In this document: one piece after another, positions 30,148 through 38,832 of the stretch
How positions within the stretch are numbered: position 1 is the stretch's first letter
How the letters are laid out: the number at the start of each line of letters is the position of its first letter
The notes under the pieces: model-generated
What the model saw: only the letters and a program-made list of their open reading frames with translations
The model's database searches: none
Told to the model about the DNA's origin: nothing
Source of the DNA: Lentisphaerales bacterium
GTDB taxonomy: Bacteria; Verrucomicrobiota; Kiritimatiellia; JAUXFM01
Length of the DNA stretch: 60,964 bases
Assembly (NCBI GenBank): GCA_030622955.1
Contig: JAUXFM010000002.1
Location: 1-60,964 of the forward strand
Reading direction: 5' to 3'
Translations under genes and position numbers: made by a program

Positions 30148-31461
30148 ATGGCTACGGCGATAATGATGCCCAGACAGGGACAATCGGTCGAGAGTTGTGT
30201 TCTCGTCGACTGGCTCGTCTCAAGAGGCGATGAAGTTAAAGAGGGCCAAGTCCTCGCGAACATCGAAACGGACAAGGCTGTCTTCGAACTGGAGTCGCCC
30301 GCTGCCGGAACAATAGTCGATCTCTTTTTTGAAGAAGGCGACGATATTCCCGTACTCATCAATATCGGCGCCATAGGATCGCAGGGAGAAGACGTTGATG
30401 ATTTGAGACCCGACCCCACGACCCTTGCGGCAGCACAGACCGAAACACAGACTACTGAAGCACCATCGTCCAGTGCCCTGCCTGCCCCATCATCTGGCGC
30501 TACGGCCCCGCCCGCTGCAGGGGGCGGCGGCGGCATCAGCCCACGCGCACGCAATGCCGCTGCAAGAGGCGGCGTAAACGTTAACACGCTCGCAGGAACA
30601 GGACCCGGCGGCCGCATCATAGAGCGTGATGTTCTGAACGCTGCAGCAAATATGCCGCATATGAATCGGGCCGCCGCTGAAGCTGCAAGCCAAGGCATGA
30701 CAGCACCAGCCCAGGGTTCGGGACCCGGCGGAATGGTGCTGGCTCGAGATCTGAAAGCCCCAGCCGAAGGCGCTGTTGGCAAGCCACTCTCGGGGATCAG
30801 GAAGCTGATCGCAGGGCGCATGCATCAGTCGCTGGCCACAACGGCCCAGCTCACCCTCCACATGAGTTTCAATGCAACGGCGATCATGACATGCCGGGCA
30901 CATGTGAAAGAAAAAGGCAAATCGCTCGGACTGCCCAACATCACGATCAACGATATACTTGCCTACAATACGGTAAAGACACTCGTGGAATTCCCTGAAA
31001 TGAATGCGCATTTCCTAGGCAACCGCATTGCACAATATCCGGACGTGAACATGGGAATTGCGACCGATACCGAACGTGGGCTCATGGTGCCAGTTGTACA
31101 TGGAGCAAATAACCTATCCCTGGCTGAGTTCTCCGTGAAGGCGAAACAGATCCTGAAAGACGCACAGGCGGCAAGCATCAATCCCGATCTCCTGAGTGGC
31201 GGCACTTTCACCATCACGAACATGGGCATGCTGGGAATCGAGAAGTTCACCCCGATTCTCAACGCACCGGAGGTAGGCATCCTCGGTGTAGGATGTCCAC
31301 ACCTGCAGCCGGTCATGAGAGATGGAGAAGTGACACACATACAGGCAATTACACTGAGCCTGACGATCGACCACCAGGCCGTCGACGGGGCACCGGGCGC
31401 GAGATTCCTGAAGGAACTTTGCATGGCACTTGAGACTTTTGAACTAACGACTGGGGGATAA
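30148..31461 (+). CDS. dihydrolipoamide acyltransferase (E2) of a 2-oxoacid/acetoin dehydrogenase-type complex
   Basis: Lipoyl domain with ETDKA, an Ala/Pro/Gly linker, the subunit-binding domain ISPRARNAAARGGVNVNTLAGTGPGGRIIERDV, and a catalytic LTIDHQAVDG. GGAGGA lies 7 nt before ATG 30148. Confidence 0.9.
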   Translation: MATAIMMPRQGQSVESCVLVDWLVSRGDEVKEGQVLANIETDKAVFELESPAAGTIVDLFFEEGDDIPVLINIGAIGSQGEDVDDLRPDPTTLAAAQTETQTTEAPSSSALPAPSSGATAPPAAGGGGGISPRARNAAARGGVNVNTLAGTGPGGRIIERDVLNAAANMPHMNRAAAEAASQGMTAPAQGSGPGGMVLARDLKAPAEGAVGKPLSGIRKLIAGRMHQSLATTAQLTLHMSFNATAIMTCRAHVKEKGKSLGLPNITINDILAYNTVKTLVEFPEMNAHFLGNRIAQYPDVNMGIATDTERGLMVPVVHGANNLSLAEFSVKAKQILKDAQAASINPDLLSGGTFTITNMGMLGIEKFTPILNAPEVGILGVGCPHLQPVMRDGEVTHIQAITLSLTIDHQAVDGAPGARFLKELCMALETFELTTGG

Positions 31462-31466
31462 ACACC

Positions 31467-32813
31467 ATGGAATACGATATCATTATTGTTGGCGCAGGAC
31501 CGGGCGGCTACGTCGCCGCAGAACGGGCCGGAGAACAGGGACTCAAGGTCCTGCTGGTAGAAAAGAACGAACTGGGCGGCGTCTGCCTGAATTGTGGCTG
31601 CATACCATCCAAGACGCTCCTGAATTCAGCCAAGGTCTATCATTACGCAACTCATGGCGATGCCTATGGCGTGACGACCACCGGCACGGAGTTCAATCTC
31701 AGCACCGTGATGAACCGCAAGCATAAGGTAATCGAAACATTGCGCAAAGGCGTTGCCGGCCTCATGAAACGAGCGAAGGTCGACATCGTGAACGGTGAAG
31801 CCGTATTCGAGTCGAACCGCAGCGTCAGGGTTGGCACTGAGATCTATGCGGGGCGCAACATCATAATCGCAACGGGCTCGTCCCCTGCCCGCCCACCGAT
31901 CCCGGGGATAGACAACGATTGCGTGTATGACTCCACGCGCCTGCTGGACATCGAGAAACTCCCTGAGAAGCTGGTGGTTGTCGGCGGCGGCGTTATTGGC
32001 TGCGAATTCGCCTGCTTCTTCGGAACACTCGGCATACCGGTCACAGTTATCGAAATGCTTCCCGAGATATGTCCTGCAGTCGACCCGGAAATCGCCGGAA
32101 TCCTTCGCAAGGAACTCTCACACCGCAACATCACCTTCCATGTGAATGCTCTGGTGGAGGAGATCGGCAAGGGCTCGGTCACCTTCTCCGTAAACGAGAA
32201 GCAGGAGAGCATCGATGCCGACTGCGTACTGGTCGCGACCGGTCGCACATGCAACGTTGAAGGCCTCGGGCTCGAGATGTTGAAGGTTGATCACGACAAG
32301 CGTGGGATCAAGATTGATGAACGATGCGCAACGAATGTGCCTAACATCTGGGCTATCGGCGACGTTACAGGCAAACAATGGCTGGCACACAGCGCATCAC
32401 GTATGGGTGAAGTGGTTGTCCACAATATCGCCGGGCGTGCTGATCGCATGCGCTACAACGCGATACCCGGCGTCATCTACACGTCGCCTGAAGTGGCTAC
32501 CGTGGGACTGACCGAGGAAGAGGCGAAGAGAACGAACATCCCCGTCAAGGTTGGCAAGATGCCTATGGGTGCAAGCGGACGTTTCCTCGCAGAGAACGAC
32601 AGGGGGCGCGGCGTCTGCAAAGCCGTAATACATGCGGACACAGGTGTATTGCTTGGCGTCCATATGATTGGTGGCGCCTGCTCCGAAATGGTCTACGGCG
32701 CTGCCACCATGATCGAAACAGAAATGCGAGTGAAGGAGATCGAGGAAATCGTCTTCCCGCATCCTACTGTTTCAGAACTAATTAGAGATGCATCGATAAC
32801 GACAAGGAGTTAA
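31467..32813 (+). CDS. lpdA: dihydrolipoyl dehydrogenase (E3)
   Basis: [11 protein letters not shown] and the redox disulfide [13 protein letters not shown]; 448 aa. Confidence 0.93.
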   Translation: MEYDIIIVGAGPGGYVAAERAGEQGLKVLLVEKNELGGVCLNCGCIPSKTLLNSAKVYHYATHGDAYGVTTTGTEFNLSTVMNRKHKVIETLRKGVAGLMKRAKVDIVNGEAVFESNRSVRVGTEIYAGRNIIIATGSSPARPPIPGIDNDCVYDSTRLLDIEKLPEKLVVVGGGVIGCEFACFFGTLGIPVTVIEMLPEICPAVDPEIAGILRKELSHRNITFHVNALVEEIGKGSVTFSVNEKQESIDADCVLVATGRTCNVEGLGLEMLKVDHDKRGIKIDERCATNVPNIWAIGDVTGKQWLAHSASRMGEVVVHNIAGRADRMRYNAIPGVIYTSPEVATVGLTEEEAKRTNIPVKVGKMPMGASGRFLAENDRGRGVCKAVIHADTGVLLGVHMIGGACSEMVYGAATMIETEMRVKEIEEIVFPHPTVSELIRDASITTRS

Positions 32814-32818
32814 GAGAA

Positions 32819-35275
32819 ATGCCCAAGCATCAGATAGTTGACCCGACACAGGAACGCAAGCCAGGCAAGCTCGAATTCCCCGAAGTGCCGCTAAACGCTT
32901 ACGACGGCACCATTGCCGATGAACTGAAGAATCTTGGCAAGGATGCCCTGCTCGGCATGCTCGAGGACATGCTGCTCATCCGTGAGTTCGAGAACATGCT
33001 CAACGAGATAAAGACTGCAGGAGTCTATGAAGGTGTCGAGTACGATCATAAAGGACCAGCTCATCTCTCCATGGGCCAGGAAGCTTCATCGGTGGGACAG
33101 GCATTCCATCTTACCGTAGACGATCACATATTTGGCTCGCATCGATCGCACGGCGAGATCCTCGCTAAAGGCATGTCGGCTATCCGCAAGCTTGATGACA
33201 AATCGCTTCTCGCCATCATGAAGGAATTCATGGGCGGCGAATGCCTCAGCATAGTTGAAAGCAACATCAAAACCTCATCCGTAAAGGATCTGGGACGGCA
33301 GTTCCTGGTTTATGGCGCACTCGCTGAAATCTTCGGGCGTAAGCCCGGCTTCAACCGCGGGCTTGGCGGCTCGATGCATGCATTTTTCACGCCGTTCGGC
33401 ATCTATCCGAACAACGCTATCGTCGGAGGATCGGCAGATATCGCCACTGGCGCAGCACTGTTCAAGAAGATCAATCGCAAACCTGGCATAGTAATCGGGA
33501 ACATAGGCGATGCCTCGATGGGTTGTGGACCAGTGTGGGAAGCGATCAACTTCGCCGCGATGAGCCAGTTCACAACACTGTGGGAAGATGAGATGAAAGG
33601 CGGATTGCCGATCATCATGAACTTCATGAATAACTTCTACGGCATGGGTGGGCAGACCTCGACCGAAACCATGGCGTACGACGTTCTTGCCCGTATGGGT
33701 GCAGGCGTGAACTCTGACGCCATGCATGCTGAACGTGTCGATGGCTACAACCCTCTAGCAGTGGCCGATGCCATCAAGCGCAAACGCGCTATCATCGAAA
33801 AGGGCGAAGGCCCTGTTCTGCTCGACACGCTGACATATCGCTACTCGGGTCACTCGCCATCCGATGCCTCATCGTACCGGGGCAAGGACGAGATGGATCT
33901 CTGGCATAATGTCGATTCGATCGAATGGTTCTCCGGCGAACTCCAGGAAGCTGGTGCTATCGACAACAATGGCCTTGAAACAATAAAGCGAGACATTGTA
34001 AGCGTAACCGCATCTGCTTGCAGGCTTGCAGCTGATGACGCTATTTCGCCCAGAATACAGGCTTCCTTCATAGAAGACGTGATGTTTTCCAACAAGCAAC
34101 GTGACAGCTATGATGAAAGCCGCGAACCGGAGCTGCTTGAGGTAGGTGCGAACAACCCGCGCATCAAGCTGCTAAAGAAACGATCACGTGCCGGGATCGT
34201 TGACGGAAAACCTGCACCGAAGAACAAGGTCATCCAGTTCCGTGATGCTATCTTCGAGGCTGTCCTGCATCGCTTCAAGGAAGATCCTACTCTCGTGGCC
34301 TACGGTGAAGAGAATAGGGACTGGGGTGGAGCGTTCGCCTGCTATCGAGGACTGACCGAGGCACTCCCCTATCATCGCCTTTTCAATTCGCCAATCTCCG
34401 AGGCAGCAATCGTTGGAACAGCTGTCGGTTATGCGCTTGAAGGCGGGCGCGTACTCGCCGAGTTAATGTACTGCGACTTCATGGGACGGGCCGGTGACGA
34501 GATCTTTAACCAGATGAGTAAGTGGCAGAGCATGAGCGCCGGTGTCCTCGAAATGCCATTGGTCCTTCGCGTGTCGGTCGGTTCCAAGTACGGTGCGCAG
34601 CATTCACAGGATTGGACTGCACTGTGCAATCACATTCCAGGTCTGAAAATCTGTTTCCCGGCAACACCTTACGATGCCAAGGGCATGCTGAATACCGCTC
34701 TGCGCGGAAGCGATCCTGTTATCTTCTTCGAAAGCCAGCGGCTCTATGATATTGGTGAGCTGTTCGAACCGGAAGTGCCGGAGGGTTACTATGAAGTACC
34801 GTTCGGGCCGCCGGCAAAGCGGCGTGACGGATCCGACATCACGATCATTACGATTGGGGCAACGCTATACCGTGCACTCCAGGCGACCGACATACTGGAG
34901 CAAAAGCACGGACTAAAGGCCGATGTCTGGGATTGCCGTTCGATCAATCCACTCGACTACGAACCACTTGTGGAATCTGTCAAGAAGACAGGACGCCTGT
35001 TGCTTGCCAGCGACGCATGTGAGCGCGGGTCCGTGATGCAGAGCATTGCGCAGAACCTGTCACAGATGGCATTCGATGCACTGGATGCACCGCCTGTCGT
35101 GGTTGGGTCACGCAACTGGATCACGCCCTGTGCTGAGATGGAGGACAGCTTCTTTCCGCAACCCGAATGGATCCTGGACGCTATCCATGAACAGATCCTC
35201 CCCCTGCCGAGTCACCTTGTTACGAGCAATCAGACAACCGGTGAAGCAGTGCGAAGGGCGAGGATGGGAGTCTAG
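32819..35275 (+). CDS. fused E1 alpha-beta TPP-dependent dehydrogenase component (818 aa)
   Basis: The N-half is E1-alpha-like ([22 protein letters not shown]...MNNFYGMGG). The C-half is E1-beta-like ([14 protein letters not shown]..., [21 protein letters not shown]). AAGGAG SD lies upstream. Confidence 0.9.
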   Translation: MPKHQIVDPTQERKPGKLEFPEVPLNAYDGTIADELKNLGKDALLGMLEDMLLIREFENMLNEIKTAGVYEGVEYDHKGPAHLSMGQEASSVGQAFHLTVDDHIFGSHRSHGEILAKGMSAIRKLDDKSLLAIMKEFMGGECLSIVESNIKTSSVKDLGRQFLVYGALAEIFGRKPGFNRGLGGSMHAFFTPFGIYPNNAIVGGSADIATGAALFKKINRKPGIVIGNIGDASMGCGPVWEAINFAAMSQFTTLWEDEMKGGLPIIMNFMNNFYGMGGQTSTETMAYDVLARMGAGVNSDAMHAERVDGYNPLAVADAIKRKRAIIEKGEGPVLLDTLTYRYSGHSPSDASSYRGKDEMDLWHNVDSIEWFSGELQEAGAIDNNGLETIKRDIVSVTASACRLAADDAISPRIQASFIEDVMFSNKQRDSYDESREPELLEVGANNPRIKLLKKRSRAGIVDGKPAPKNKVIQFRDAIFEAVLHRFKEDPTLVAYGEENRDWGGAFACYRGLTEALPYHRLFNSPISEAAIVGTAVGYALEGGRVLAELMYCDFMGRAGDEIFNQMSKWQSMSAGVLEMPLVLRVSVGSKYGAQHSQDWTALCNHIPGLKICFPATPYDAKGMLNTALRGSDPVIFFESQRLYDIGELFEPEVPEGYYEVPFGPPAKRRDGSDITIITIGATLYRALQATDILEQKHGLKADVWDCRSINPLDYEPLVESVKKTGRLLLASDACERGSVMQSIAQNLSQMAFDALDAPPVVVGSRNWITPCAEMEDSFFPQPEWILDAIHEQILPLPSHLVTSNQTTGEAVRRARMGV

Positions 35276-35604
35276 GCAAGGTTTCTGGTTTATACCCAGC
35301 CCTTGGGCCAGCTCGGGCGAAGCGGGTAGACAGTGCTCCCTTCGCCGAGGCTACCGCAGGTCAAGCAGGTATCAGGATGAGGGACTGCTGGAATTCCTCG
35401 TTCTCTTGACTTGGACAGATTGACGACGTAGAGCCTGGTGGGGAGGTTTTCGGTTCCTGCGCTGCAAGGCAATGTAGTGCAGCAAGCCAAAATCTTCCAG
35501 GATAGACGCCTTCACCCCGAGGCCACGGCACATCAACCACGGGTCGCCGGGCGCAAACCAGGGAAACAGCTTGAATGTTTGGCGAACATTAATTAAGGAA
35601 TGGT

Positions 35605-36504
35605 ATGGTACTGAACGTAGATGCTACTGAACATGAGGTAGGTAACTCAGTAAATGCAAGTTTCCACGTGCCAGACGTCTGCCGTGTTCCCCCTATTGGC
35701 GTTGCAGGTATCGATGTATTGAAATCGACTCGGCCCGTCTCCAGTCACCGCACGGCAAACGCCTACGAACTACTGTATCTGCGAAGCGGAGAAACAACAT
35801 GGAAAATTGAGTGTCAGCGGTTCAATATCGTGGGTGGCGACCTGCTCCTTGTGCCGCCTGGCGTCCGACACAGGGGAGAAGAAGATGTTCTGCGGCCCTG
35901 CACCTACCTGTGGATGTCTGTCAACCCAGCAACGGAAGAGCCTTCACCGATCTTTACAAACAATGAACTTGATCGTATTGCGTCAGCTCTGCAGGAAGCC
36001 GGCATCAAGACCTGCCGAACAGTACCCGTTTTTACTCAGTTGTTCGATCAGCTCCTGGAGCACTTGAAGAATTCCGACAAAGAAGACGTACTGATCCAAT
36101 TCAGCATCAAGGCGCTCCTCGCACAATTGATCGTCGCGGCAACACAGTCACTCACATCGTGCCAAGGCCCAAGCGAACGGCCACTCGTTGAGGCCGCGAG
36201 AGAGTTCATGGAGGACACCATCATCCAGGGCCACAGCATCTCTATGAAAGAGCTTGCCAAACGACTTGACCTCAGCGTAAACGGATTCCAGCGTGCCTTC
36301 AAGGCAGAGGCGGGACAAACGCCTGCAGATTATCTTGCCAGATTGCGCTGCGCGAGTGCGCAGGAGAAGCTTGCCACCACGACGACCCCCGTCACAACGA
36401 TTGCCATGGATCTCGGATTCAGCAGCAGTCAGTACATGGCAACCTGCTTCAAGAAGTATATCGGCATGACACCGTCGGCATACCGTAAGCGGCATGCCGA
36501 TTGA
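35605..36504 (+). CDS. AraC-family transcriptional regulator (cupin-like sensor plus HTH)
   Basis: C-terminal AraC HTH pair: MKELAKRLDLSVNGFQRAFKAEAGQTPADYL...IAMDLGFSSSQYMATCFKKYIGMTPSAYRKRH. Confidence 0.85.
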   Translation: MVLNVDATEHEVGNSVNASFHVPDVCRVPPIGVAGIDVLKSTRPVSSHRTANAYELLYLRSGETTWKIECQRFNIVGGDLLLVPPGVRHRGEEDVLRPCTYLWMSVNPATEEPSPIFTNNELDRIASALQEAGIKTCRTVPVFTQLFDQLLEHLKNSDKEDVLIQFSIKALLAQLIVAATQSLTSCQGPSERPLVEAAREFMEDTIIQGHSISMKELAKRLDLSVNGFQRAFKAEAGQTPADYLARLRCASAQEKLATTTTPVTTIAMDLGFSSSQYMATCFKKYIGMTPSAYRKRHAD

Positions 36505-36644
36505 GCATTCTGCATTGAGTTTCCTCTTTCTCCAGATGGCACAGCGAAGCGCTCCCAAAAGGCAAGAAGCATGAGCTCTCTTGATTGCCAATCGACATAT
36601 GGGCGATTCGCTAATATATTCGCCTAAACAGACTCACAAACTAT

Positions 36645-37247
36645 ATGAAAACAAATAGCCGATATCTGAAATGGTTCCATCGTATCGAGAAAACGCTATG
36701 GTCCTTCTTCATGCTATTCGAAGACCTCTGTGCCAGGTGCGCGAAGCGCACCATTGAAGAAGTGGAAAATGGACAACGCAGATGCCGCCACGAATGGTGC
36801 TGCTGCATGATCGACAACCAGGTTCATGATAATTGGGAATCACTGAATTGCGTGCAATTGCGAAACAATCCGGATTGGTATGAATCTCTCAGGGAACGCA
36901 AAGGGCCCCGCATGCCCGGCAATGGCCCCTGTCCCGCCCTCGGCGAAGCTGGATGCTTACTCGCGAAACATCGTCCCGTGACCTGCACAACGCAGCTCTG
37001 CACCAAAATGCTTCGCGTCCTGAACGATCTCAAGATCCTCAAATGCAAGACAGAGTCTGCACTTCAGATCGAAGATCTCATCAAATTGCCCGATATACTG
37101 CCATCGCTCTATGGTACAGGCAGAACACAGAAGGTGAATGCAGAGGACGTTGATGCCTATATTGCTGAAGTGAACCGTCTACGGGAAAGACTTGCGGCAA
37201 TTCCGAAAGAGAAACGCAAGCAACAAATAGCGGCCATTTACCGCTGA
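36645..37247 (+). CDS. Cys-rich protein, YkgJ/UPF0153-like cysteine-cluster domain
   Basis: CARC...CRHEWCCC and GPCPALGEAGCLLAKHRPVTCTTQLC resemble the YkgJ-type zinc/iron-chelating motif. The assignment is by eye only. Confidence 0.5.
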   Translation: MKTNSRYLKWFHRIEKTLWSFFMLFEDLCARCAKRTIEEVENGQRRCRHEWCCCMIDNQVHDNWESLNCVQLRNNPDWYESLRERKGPRMPGNGPCPALGEAGCLLAKHRPVTCTTQLCTKMLRVLNDLKILKCKTESALQIEDLIKLPDILPSLYGTGRTQKVNAEDVDAYIAEVNRLRERLAAIPKEKRKQQIAAIYR

Positions 37248-37747
37248 GACATCTCATCAATTCTCAAGAGAACAACTCCAGCCGTCTTCTCAGTGGAGAT
37301 GACGAATTCTGTTTCCTGAGACTCCCCGCTCTCCTTGCGATCGATCATGGCTGGTGTTTTCACACTACTCTTGCCGGATTCGAATGTTTCGATGACCGCA
37401 CGCCGCACCGCGCAACCGCTACAGTTGGGACTGTTGCCGCAACCACCCGGCAGCTTGGCATTAACACATCTGAGGATATCACCACCCCTATAGCCAGCAA
37501 GATCCGAGCTCTCCCAGTCGAGAAGATTCAACGCCTCTGCGTTGGCTGTTCTTATGATACCCCTGTCATCAACAACTACCACAGGCACGCCTAGTCCGTT
37601 GAGGAACGACTCGGTGTCACCGCCAATTTCGGCGAACAGCTTCTTCGCACAGGCCGCACACATCCCATGCGTCACAGCATCTTCAACTACGCCCTTAGCA
37701 GTGACGACACCCATGCTCTTTTTGCACCATGCACATATTCGCTTCAT
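37238..37747 (-). CDS. stand-alone Zn-ribbon plus PAS-like sensor domain protein with a 4-Cys cluster
   Basis: From ATG 37747: N-terminal CAWC-x21-CAAC. A PAS-like core follows (VPVVVVDDRGIIRTANAEALNLL), then C-x8-C-x5-C-x2-C (RCVNAKLPGGCGNSPNCSGC). There is no output domain. The ORF-track start at 37783 is TTG. Confidence 0.5.
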   Translation of the reverse strand: MKRICAWCKKSMGVVTAKGVVEDAVTHGMCAACAKKLFAEIGGDTESFLNGLGVPVVVVDDRGIIRTANAEALNLLDWESSDLAGYRGGDILRCVNAKLPGGCGNSPNCSGCAVRRAVIETFESGKSSVKTPAMIDRKESGESQETEFVISTEKTAGVVLLRIDEMSQR

Positions 37748-37859
37748 GGTGAGAATTCTCCGGAGTCGAGCATCAAGTGTCAAGCAAAGAGGCCTCGGAA
37801 GTTTGCAGTGCAGGAGAGACAGGTGTAGTGAGGCAAGATCAGATTCTGATGAATGTCAA

Positions 37860-38774
37860 CTAGAGGATGCCCGGCCACTTCTTCGGTTGGAACTCTACAT
37901 CGTCAGGATTCTTCTGCATGCGCTCGATCCAGGCAAGGTACTGGTTCACGAACTTGCGGGACACTTCACTGCCCTTGAATGCATCGGACCAAGCTTTCCC
38001 GGCATCATCATCGACGGCGGCAAGTAGCTTCACAGTCTCCTCGGGTTTGTTATGCACAAGGAAGTGAATCAAACCCCATGTTTCCGCATAACCGGCATGT
38101 GGCTCAATGAAGAACCTATACTCGCGCAAGTCCTTGCGACGCCGCAACCCACGCAGCGAATAACCGGCCCAAGTTTCGTCGGGCACGCCTATGGCAAGCT
38201 TGCCTTTCTTCGCATCCCAGCGGTGCGCACTGACGAATGCAGCCATCCCCTGCTCCCAAATCGTCGAACCGCGCTTGTCGCGGTTGTCCAACTCCAGCGC
38301 CTGATCTCTGAACTGATACCAGGCATACATTAACAGGATCTTGCGCGTATGAGCTGCGCCTTCACCATGCCAGAAACTGTGAATTTCGTTCTTGCGGTCC
38401 AAATACTGGCCCGACATTGATGCAACGAACTTCCCGGCTTTTCCGGCCGCCATGTAAGCGCTCTGATCGGCATAGATATGCACCTTCCACCTTTTCTCAG
38501 GCTTCGCTGCACGTCCAAGAAATGCCTCAAACAGGGGCCATGCCGCTTCCAGCAGCTTGCCGATTTCCTTCGGCTCAATCTGCCCATCCATTAACTCGGT
38601 ATAGATCTCATAATGCTTCGTTTTATGGATCCTGCCCTCGCCACCCTGGGCGGCCACGCTCTCGCCAAACAAGACCAATGCTCCCATGAGCAGTACGATC
38701 CACTGGAACTTACGATTTGACAATTGTATGTTGGATGTTCTCATTCTTCGGCTCGAAGGAGTCTTGCCCTCCAT
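37860..38774 (-). CDS. secreted DUF1570-like protein, metalloprotease motif lost
   Basis: N-terminal hydrophobic signal. By eye it is a paralogue of the N-terminal region of 38833..41346: KHYEIYTE vs RHFALKTD, and GLIHFLVHNKPEE vs GMLHFLMDEP. It has LLMYAWYQF where the paralogue has LVMHETFHA. Confidence 0.6.
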   Translation of the reverse strand: MEGKTPSSRRMRTSNIQLSNRKFQWIVLLMGALVLFGESVAAQGGEGRIHKTKHYEIYTELMDGQIEPKEIGKLLEAAWPLFEAFLGRAAKPEKRWKVHIYADQSAYMAAGKAGKFVASMSGQYLDRKNEIHSFWHGEGAAHTRKILLMYAWYQFRDQALELDNRDKRGSTIWEQGMAAFVSAHRWDAKKGKLAIGVPDETWAGYSLRGLRRRKDLREYRFFIEPHAGYAETWGLIHFLVHNKPEETVKLLAAVDDDAGKAWSDAFKGSEVSRKFVNQYLAWIERMQKNPDDVEFQPKKWPGIL

Positions 38775-38832
38775 GGTGCTGCCAGATGCCTGACTACTGT
38801 TAACTAATAACTATGCACTGATAACGGGCCAA

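Noticed and set aside
30087-30821. 244-aa minus-strand ORF, Ala/Pro/Gly/Arg-rich.
   Set aside because: It is antisense to the GC-rich Ala/Pro linker region of E2. It is a low-complexity shadow ORF.
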